This document shows, piece after piece, positions 33,881 through 39,465 of a DNA stretch of 39,465 nt. A program made the translations under genes and the position numbers. Origin of the DNA: a bacterium (lineage in GTDB: Bacteria; Armatimonadota; Zipacnadia; Zipacnadales; Zipacnadaceae); assembly GCA_030607655.1 (NCBI GenBank), contig JAUWJN010000001.1, positions 1-39,465 on the forward strand, written 5' to 3'. The notes below the pieces were generated by a model that was not told the origin of the DNA, made no database searches, and was given only the letters and a program-made list of their open reading frames with translations. Within the stretch, counting starts at the first letter, position 1. Each line of letters begins with the position of its first letter.

Positions 33881-35740
33881 TTATTGTATAAACTGAACTA
33901 CCGCCACGCCGGGACCGGCTAACTCAATAGTCTGTTGCGTGGCTAATGGCAAATCCAGGAATTGAATCTGCTGAGCGGAGGGGTCTACTTTACGGGCCCT
34001 GGCTAAAGCAAGCTTGCCTGCTTGTTTTACTTTTATGGCAAAAACTCGCTGTCCCTCTCCCCCATACGCTATTACTACATTGTTGGCGGTAGCCGTGCGG
34101 ATCGCTGCCACTATCGTTTCATCATCAGGATATAACCAGTGGCATAACTTTGAGCCCCGGGGCATATAAGTGCGCACCAGCCACGCCGCCTGATAAACGG
34201 CAGAGGCTTGCCCTTCTTCATCGACAAAGCCCACCTTGTCCCCTGACAGAGGAGTATATAGCAGTTTGTCAATATAGGGAGCCGCGGCCAGAGCAGCCAT
34301 CGCTAGCCAACTGCCAGTAAAGTATTCCGAAGTCGGCTGCCCAGCACTTGGTGTCGCTGAGTTTAGGCCTGTTTGGGTTGCAAAGACTTCTGGAGGCGGC
34401 CGCCGCTGCCATCTTGCCTGGGCGCCAGCGACCTCAAATGATAGCTGCCCTGGCAAGTCAGGTGATTGCCCTGTGCGGGCTGCCGATAGCAATTGCGCGG
34501 CGTCTGCTACCGGAGTATGCGCCCCCCAAAAGTGATAGGAGAGAAAATCTAGACGGTTGGCGCCTCCTACGAAACCGCTCAGATGTTCCTCCCAAGGCGA
34601 AGCCAGCCCCGGTCCTCCAATCCATGCATCTGGGTCTGCCTGGATTATTTGGTCGGCCAGCAAGTTATAGGCGTTGATAACATCATAAGTAGTTACCAAA
34701 TCAGGCTGGAGCAGAGGCTGACTAAGTAATTCATAGTAGCGCCCCCACGGCTCCCCCGCACGCAGCGTTACTAATCGTCTAACCGTTGCCCTGAATACCT
34801 GCCGCAGACCCTGGCCTTTTTGTGCCTCATCGCCAGGGCGCGTGGGCGGGGAGTGTAAGCAAATAAGGGCCTTGGCCCCCTGCCGCTGGATAAAGTTCAC
34901 GTGCTGGTTAAGCCGAATAATGTCATATTGCTCCTGGTCCCGTCGCAGATAATCATCTAATACAAATCTTACGACGCAGGGCGCCAGCCCGCGAATAACG
35001 CTGCCAACTGTATCTTGTGCCTCCAGGCTAGCCTCGATTGCGGCTCCAGCTGCCCCAAAGTTGCAGCCTATCTGCGTGCGCACCGCCCCTGACCACCTGC
35101 GAAAATCAAGCTCTAACACTTCTTGTTGAGAGACTATTGGGCCGGCCTTAGACTCGGCCCTAAGCTCGTCAACATAGAATCGGCACGGCTCCCACGAGCC
35201 CGCCTTCACAAACTGTAAGAGAGTCAGATGTAGCAAGTCATCTCGGGTTAGGGTCTGGCCGTCTTTATCCTTAAACCCTAAGAAACGCAGCCCCAGCTTC
35301 CGCCATTGCGTGCCGCGTAGGGACACCGGCTGGCTATAAGCTACGTCTGGGTTGTGCGGGCGGTTATAAAAAGCACGCAACACCACGCTCACTTCGCTAT
35401 CTGAACCATCGCCGCGCAGCCACATTGACAGTTCTGTACAGTTATTTTGCGCCCAAGTTTGCCCATTTATGTCAATGGTCACACTAGCCCAGGTACTTTT
35501 GCCTTCCAAAAACTCAATCATTCCTGCCTGCTGGCCCCCGCCAGGCGCACTATCACTAGTGGTATAAATGCCACATAGCTTGGCCGGCTTGGCCCCCGCT
35601 ACTCCCCCATCATTTGTCATCCACGCGCCAGCGCCTGTCTCAAAGTCTTCAATGAGTACCGCCTGAGAGGCCGGGAGCATACCGACAGCAGCCGCGACAA
35701 GTATTAGAGTTGCTAATCCGGATCGGAGCATCTTCCCCAT
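33881..35740 (-). CDS. Secreted protein: N-terminal CBM/jelly-roll-like module plus clan GH-A (GH39/PslG-like) TIM-barrel-like domain
   Basis: Signal peptide MGKMLRSGLATLILVAAAVGMLPASQA. The N-terminal module shows EDFETGAGAW, WLRGDGSDSEV and FYVDELRAE. The C-terminal part shows YYELLSQP, DFLSYHFWG and EVFATQTG. The resemblance is weak and by eye only. Confidence 0.35.
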   Translation of the reverse strand: MGKMLRSGLATLILVAAAVGMLPASQAVLIEDFETGAGAWMTNDGGVAGAKPAKLCGIYTTSDSAPGGGQQAGMIEFLEGKSTWASVTIDINGQTWAQNNCTELSMWLRGDGSDSEVSVVLRAFYNRPHNPDVAYSQPVSLRGTQWRKLGLRFLGFKDKDGQTLTRDDLLHLTLLQFVKAGSWEPCRFYVDELRAESKAGPIVSQQEVLELDFRRWSGAVRTQIGCNFGAAGAAIEASLEAQDTVGSVIRGLAPCVVRFVLDDYLRRDQEQYDIIRLNQHVNFIQRQGAKALICLHSPPTRPGDEAQKGQGLRQVFRATVRRLVTLRAGEPWGRYYELLSQPLLQPDLVTTYDVINAYNLLADQIIQADPDAWIGGPGLASPWEEHLSGFVGGANRLDFLSYHFWGAHTPVADAAQLLSAARTGQSPDLPGQLSFEVAGAQARWQRRPPPEVFATQTGLNSATPSAGQPTSEYFTGSWLAMAALAAAPYIDKLLYTPLSGDKVGFVDEEGQASAVYQAAWLVRTYMPRGSKLCHWLYPDDETIVAAIRTATANNVVIAYGGEGQRVFAIKVKQAGKLALARARKVDPSAQQIQFLDLPLATQQTIELAGPGVAVVQFIQ

Positions 35741-35774
35741 CTCTTGCCACCGTCTCCCTGAGAAATTAGACCTA

Positions 35775-36941
35775 TTAGTCTGTTGCTTTCACAGCCTCGG
35801 CTACGTTCACTACATACATTTGCCGGTGGCCCTCGTGAGTAGAGTCAAAACAGACCTGCGTGCCATCGCGATTCCAACGCGCATGAAGGTCGCAACGCAT
35901 CTCTCCCTTGAATTCCTCAGGGGCGAAGAACCGCCCGATATCTACCCGGAGCCCACCTTCAGGACGATACAGGATAAGCGTCTGATAGTGTTCTTCGGAT
36001 GGATAGGTATCAGTCAAAATCCACTTGTCATCCGGCGAATAGGTGCAATGCCCATTCTCAGTCAGCACGTCCTCCCCAACAATCTCTACCTCGCCGGTTT
36101 GGTCCGTGTATAAATAGTAGTGAGGGCCTGTGGGCTCCGGCCACGCCCAGGCTATTACGTGCCGTGAGTTGCGCCAATCAAAATGCGACACCCCTTCGTC
36201 AATGAGCAAATACCGGTCCGAACCGTCGAGCCTAGCGGTGATCATCTGCTGCCCCCAACCCTCAGCTCTCTGCCAGCGATGTAGAAAAATAAAGCGGGAA
36301 CCATCATCGTTAAGTAGTAGATGGTTAAACCAATGGGCACCATCACCCGGTCGGGGCTCGGAGAACCGGGCAGCAATTTCGCCCAGCGAAACGATGAACT
36401 TGTTCTCCCCAGTGGTCAGGTCCATCCAATAGATACCGTCATCATCAGGAGCAGGATCGTCCACCCACGCATCAGGGACACCGTTGTACCCATAGCCCGG
36501 CCGCGTTCGGTGTATGCGAGAGAAATTCGGGCAGACTCCCTGTGTGCCATCACGGCTAACGGCGTATACTGCCCGAGGCAGGACAGTCGCCTTCCCACTG
36601 TGGACGTCTCGGATAACTGCCACATAGTGATCCTCAACGCGATCATTGTAAATAATCAGGCGGTCCGGAGCCGATCCTAACCATTGCAGCATCGCCCCCT
36701 GCTGCCAGTTCCAAGCAGTTGTTTCGGCAAGCGGCTCAAACCTGTTATTCGCCTGTAAATCAATAAGGCCGACGGTGGCCTTGTCCTCGGGGCTAGGAGA
36801 CCGATCGGCAAACGACACCTCTAAGGCTAATAGGTACTGTCCCGTCGCATCCCATTGCATCTTGTCATAATACCCAAAAAAATGATGCAGTGGACCGGAA
36901 GTTACAGCTTGGACCGGAAGTGTATGCGTTACTCTGGGCAT
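35775..36941 (-). CDS. Cytoplasmic beta-propeller protein, oligogalacturonate-lyase (PL22)-like
   Basis: HFFGYYDKMQWDATGQYLL near the N-terminus, and CDLHARWNRDGTQVCFDSTHEGHRQMYVV at the C-terminus (compare Ogl H.HPSFTPDDKQILFTSD.EG...LY). No signal peptide. Confidence 0.4.
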   Translation of the reverse strand: MPRVTHTLPVQAVTSGPLHHFFGYYDKMQWDATGQYLLALEVSFADRSPSPEDKATVGLIDLQANNRFEPLAETTAWNWQQGAMLQWLGSAPDRLIIYNDRVEDHYVAVIRDVHSGKATVLPRAVYAVSRDGTQGVCPNFSRIHRTRPGYGYNGVPDAWVDDPAPDDDGIYWMDLTTGENKFIVSLGEIAARFSEPRPGDGAHWFNHLLLNDDGSRFIFLHRWQRAEGWGQQMITARLDGSDRYLLIDEGVSHFDWRNSRHVIAWAWPEPTGPHYYLYTDQTGEVEIVGEDVLTENGHCTYSPDDKWILTDTYPSEEHYQTLILYRPEGGLRVDIGRFFAPEEFKGEMRCDLHARWNRDGTQVCFDSTHEGHRQMYVVNVAEAVKATD

Positions 36942-37185
36942 AATAGAATTTGTCCTTTCTCAACATGTCTGGCAAGTTGCCGTCGCTATATTGCACTATC
37001 TACAGACATATGCTATAGTATCTTAAAGCATTATTTTGGGGCCCGTCAACAGCTTCGGCGGCTTCCCTTTATTGTGCTCTCCTTGAGTATGGTATATTAT
37101 TGCTGATATACAAGAGGGTTTATAGACTTTTTAGCAAAATATAACAAGGAAGTATAAATCTTAGGCCTTAATAGGAGGGATTTGT

Positions 37186-38844
37186 ATGTCCTACCGCGTG
37201 ATATTGATTGCTCCAATGTTGTTGGGCCTCTTGATTATTGCAGGCTGTGGAGGCGATGGCGGCCCCGCCACCCTTTCTCAAGTAGCACCCTCGGCTGGCC
37301 GCCCCGGCTCCCTGACAATGTATCCTGCCCAGGAGCAGGGTGAACTGCTGGGCGATCTAGATGAGGACCTGCTGGCCAGCGTCGGTGATGCCATAAAGAT
37401 ATTGCTTATCGTGGTGCACGTAGATCCACCGAATGCACTCGCCGATGCTAACGAAAATGGCACCACTGATGTAGGAGATGCCATCAAGGTACTGCGCTGT
37501 GTGGTGAAGCTTGATGAGTGGCCCATAGGCCATTATGGTGGCGGCGGCTCAGCAGATATTAGCGATGGGTTGAATGCGCCCCAAGCCACTTCTCCAGCCT
37601 CTGAGGGGCCTGGAGATGACGCGGTGACCTTGCTCGAAAACTGGGAAGGTGACCCACCTGAGGATACTTCCGACCTTGATGACATGCTGACTGACTTCAC
37701 TGATTTGGTGAATAGTGACCCTAATTCGTCAGCCGGGCAGTTAGGACTATCTCTGGCCCTGGTGGCCGCGGGGGCGCAGAATGCCGCCGATGAACTAGGC
37801 TATGACATATTTGATGGGGTAGGTGTCCAGTCGGTGGCCTCCTTGGCGTTTTCGGATAAATACAGTGCGTCCCGAGCTATCAACAAAGCTGTGGACATTG
37901 CGCTGGTTAGGCCCTGGCAGAGGCCAAAGGCTGGCGTGTACCCCCAGGGGCAGATACCCGATACCTACTACACCACTGAGGAGATCCAGCAGGTTGTCCG
38001 CGACAATATCCTTCCGGTGTTAAATGATGCTATCGCCCGCCTGGATATTCTTTCCCAGGCTCCGGCCGGCACTGTGCTAATTACCTACGTAGACAATGGG
38101 GACACCTATAAGCTGTATCACGCCGATTTCGATCTCCTAGTAGCTGGCCTGCAACTGGTAAGGGCTTTTAGGCTGCAGCTAGTAGCTTATGACCTGGACG
38201 CCGGGAGTTACGACTGGGAAGTTGACCTCTGGGAACGCGATGCCAACGCCAACAACATATTGACCGTCGCTGAGTATGCCCCGCCCGATCCCTTCTTAAC
38301 TCTCCTCAGCGCTCAGGATATGAACAATGCGGGTGACGCCATTGAGGATGCGCTGCAGAGAACAATAGACGCTATAGATAACCGCGTCAGTAGTGATCCT
38401 GATGAAGTGATAAATATGTTGTTAGAGGACGAATCAGCCTCGGATATTCAAGACATCCGCGATATGGCACAGAATGCTCTGAATATATTCAGCGGGGCGG
38501 TGAATATGGATGTCCAGTACGCTCACTACAATTGGGTCAACGGCCAATGGTCGGGCGACGGCACTGAGACCATTCAAATCAATCTGTCCCGTATCTGGAG
38601 TAATTCCATTGCCGATGTCAAAGACCTGTTCCCAACGCTCCACATCACCACCCCAGGTGTCGACCACTACACGATGGCCTACAGTGACTGGCCCGACCCT
38701 ACTATGAACGGTGTCTTCCCCGATGCACAGGACATGAAGGATCTCTGGGACGCCGATTACGAGTATCTGGAGATTATTTATGATGATATTGAGATAGAAA
38801 TCAATGACAACTACCTACCCTCGAACCCTCCCCCATTCCTCTAA
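37186..38844 (+). CDS. Dockerin-domain lipoprotein with a large acidic domain of unknown function
   Basis: MSYRVILIAPMLLGLLIIAGC/GGDGG (lipobox). Dockerin repeats DLDEDLLASVGDAIKILLIVV and DANENGTTDVGDAIKVLRCVV. About 420 further residues are rich in D/E and match no motif I recognise. The protein ends INDNYLPSNPPPFL. Confidence 0.7.
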   Translation: MSYRVILIAPMLLGLLIIAGCGGDGGPATLSQVAPSAGRPGSLTMYPAQEQGELLGDLDEDLLASVGDAIKILLIVVHVDPPNALADANENGTTDVGDAIKVLRCVVKLDEWPIGHYGGGGSADISDGLNAPQATSPASEGPGDDAVTLLENWEGDPPEDTSDLDDMLTDFTDLVNSDPNSSAGQLGLSLALVAAGAQNAADELGYDIFDGVGVQSVASLAFSDKYSASRAINKAVDIALVRPWQRPKAGVYPQGQIPDTYYTTEEIQQVVRDNILPVLNDAIARLDILSQAPAGTVLITYVDNGDTYKLYHADFDLLVAGLQLVRAFRLQLVAYDLDAGSYDWEVDLWERDANANNILTVAEYAPPDPFLTLLSAQDMNNAGDAIEDALQRTIDAIDNRVSSDPDEVINMLLEDESASDIQDIRDMAQNALNIFSGAVNMDVQYAHYNWVNGQWSGDGTETIQINLSRIWSNSIADVKDLFPTLHITTPGVDHYTMAYSDWPDPTMNGVFPDAQDMKDLWDADYEYLEIIYDDIEIEINDNYLPSNPPPFL

Positions 38845-38873
38845 ATTGGTAGCTGGCTAAGCTCTACACACAG

Positions 38874-38912
38874 AAAAAAGGGGCCGGCCTGAGAAGGTCG
38901 GCCCCTTCGTTA
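38874..38912. terminator. Bidirectional rho-independent terminator between convergent genes
   Basis: AAAAAA-GGGGCCG-gcctgagaaggt-CGGCCCC-TTCGTT. The A-tract and the T-rich tail flank a GC stem. Confidence 0.7.
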
Positions 38913-38934
38913 GTTGCGCCGTTACGCGGTAGAC

Positions 38935-39465
38935 CTACTGGACGGTAACCGTCCCGTCTACTGCCACCGGCTGAGGAGTAATATCACTACCGGTATTGTC
39001 CTTAAACGCCAGCGGGGTAGGCGCTCCGCCAGTCTCGTCAATGTCTATATCGGTATCCCCAGTTGGCCCAAGGGAGCCGAAGTTGATGGTGAGGATCTCA
39101 TCCTTGGCGGCGTCGAAGTTCGTCGTACCGGCTACCGCTATCGTAATAACGCCCGGCGTAAGAGTAGTATCCCGCACCAGGAGCGGGCTAGCGGCCGCGG
39201 CTGATTCACCAAGCTGGACGCCAGCATCGCCACCCACTACCTGCAAGGCGACCTGATCATAGTTGATGGTCATCTGGAAGCCGGCCACGCCGGTAGTGTC
39301 GGTCATCTTTATCGAGACCGTGGTAGAACCACCGCTGGCTACGTTGGTATCCTCTACATAGATGGTAAAGTTATCTACCGTCACATCTATGGTATCCGAG
39401 CCAGTAACAGTAAGGGTATCCGTAGCTACTGCCGTGATGGCATGGGTGCCGTTAGAAAGCTGAGT
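38935..39465 (-). CDS. Second half of an Ig-like domain plus a C-terminal cohesin domain; partial, 5' end runs off the window end
   Basis: The frame is open from 39465 with no stop in the 27 codons upstream of the track ORF: TQLSNGTHAITAVATDTLTVTGSDTIDVTVDN. A cohesin-like module follows: FTIYVEDTNVASGGSTTVSIKMTDTTGVAGFQMTINYDQVALQVV...GVITIAVAG...EILTINFGSLGPTGDTDIDID...VAVDGTVTVQ. Confidence 0.65.
   Translation of the reverse strand, partial: TQLSNGTHAITAVATDTLTVTGSDTIDVTVDNFTIYVEDTNVASGGSTTVSIKMTDTTGVAGFQMTINYDQVALQVVGGDAGVQLGESAAAASPLLVRDTTLTPGVITIAVAGTTNFDAAKDEILTINFGSLGPTGDTDIDIDETGGAPTPLAFKDNTGSDITPQPVAVDGTVTVQ

Noticed and set aside
1-39465. Exact circular closure by directly joining base 39465 to base 1
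   Set aside because: The joined reading frame is off by one base and meets TAA after four codons. I propose circularity only with a small gap or collapsed repeats, not as a perfect junction.

Overview
This gene-dense, moderately GC-rich window looks like an accessory plasmid-type replicon of a diderm bacterium, not core chromosome. I recognised no rRNA, tRNA, CRISPR array, transposase, integrase, phage or conjugation genes. All family calls come from reading motifs in the supplied translations; no searches were run.

Contents in order:
- **Replication and partition (1036-4165):** a RepA-type initiator, a ParA ATPase with a small RHH partner, and a 478-bp non-coding stretch full of CCGT/ACGG repeats.
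- **Singleton genes (4166-7779):** a very divergent ATP-type PEPCK-like gene, an orphan PEP-CTERM protein behind stacked consensus sigma70 promoters, and an H-X9-DG prepilin-type protein. The last two suggest a PVC/Armatimonadota-like host.
- **Partial Wzx/Wzy-type exopolysaccharide block (8451-16421):** a giant 7-SLBB Wza-like exporter, a kinase-less Wzz/PCP, a Wzy-like polymerase, a GHMP sugar kinase and a GT4 glycosyltransferase.
- **PAPS-synthesis operon (16610-21055):** an RHH regulator, sat, an alkaline-phosphatase-superfamily enzyme, cysC and a TauE exporter. I saw no sulfotransferase.
- **Sugar-salvage genes (21531-27532):** a BadF-type kinase, two tandem UPF0309/SIS paralogues, a GH20-like gene split by one in-frame TAG, and a glucuronokinase-like GHMP kinase.
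- **Second exporter (27693-30818):** a 7-SLBB paralogue fused to HEAT repeats that carry 3 x 78-bp tandem repeats.
- **31020-36941:** a dGTPase-like HD protein, two tandem M55 peptidase paralogues, a secreted CBM + GH-A-like protein, and a PL22-like beta-propeller.
- **Cohesin/dockerin set (37186-39465 and 1-791):** one Ig-like + cohesin lipoprotein and two dockerin lipoproteins with no enzyme domain.

The most interesting points:
- The cohesin gene is cut by both window edges, which suggests the window is a nearly complete circular ~39.5-kb element.
- The non-cellulosomal cohesin-dockerin lipoprotein trio is the best candidate for an undescribed system.
- The sulfation module lacks a sulfotransferase.
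- The paired multi-SLBB exporters are unusual.
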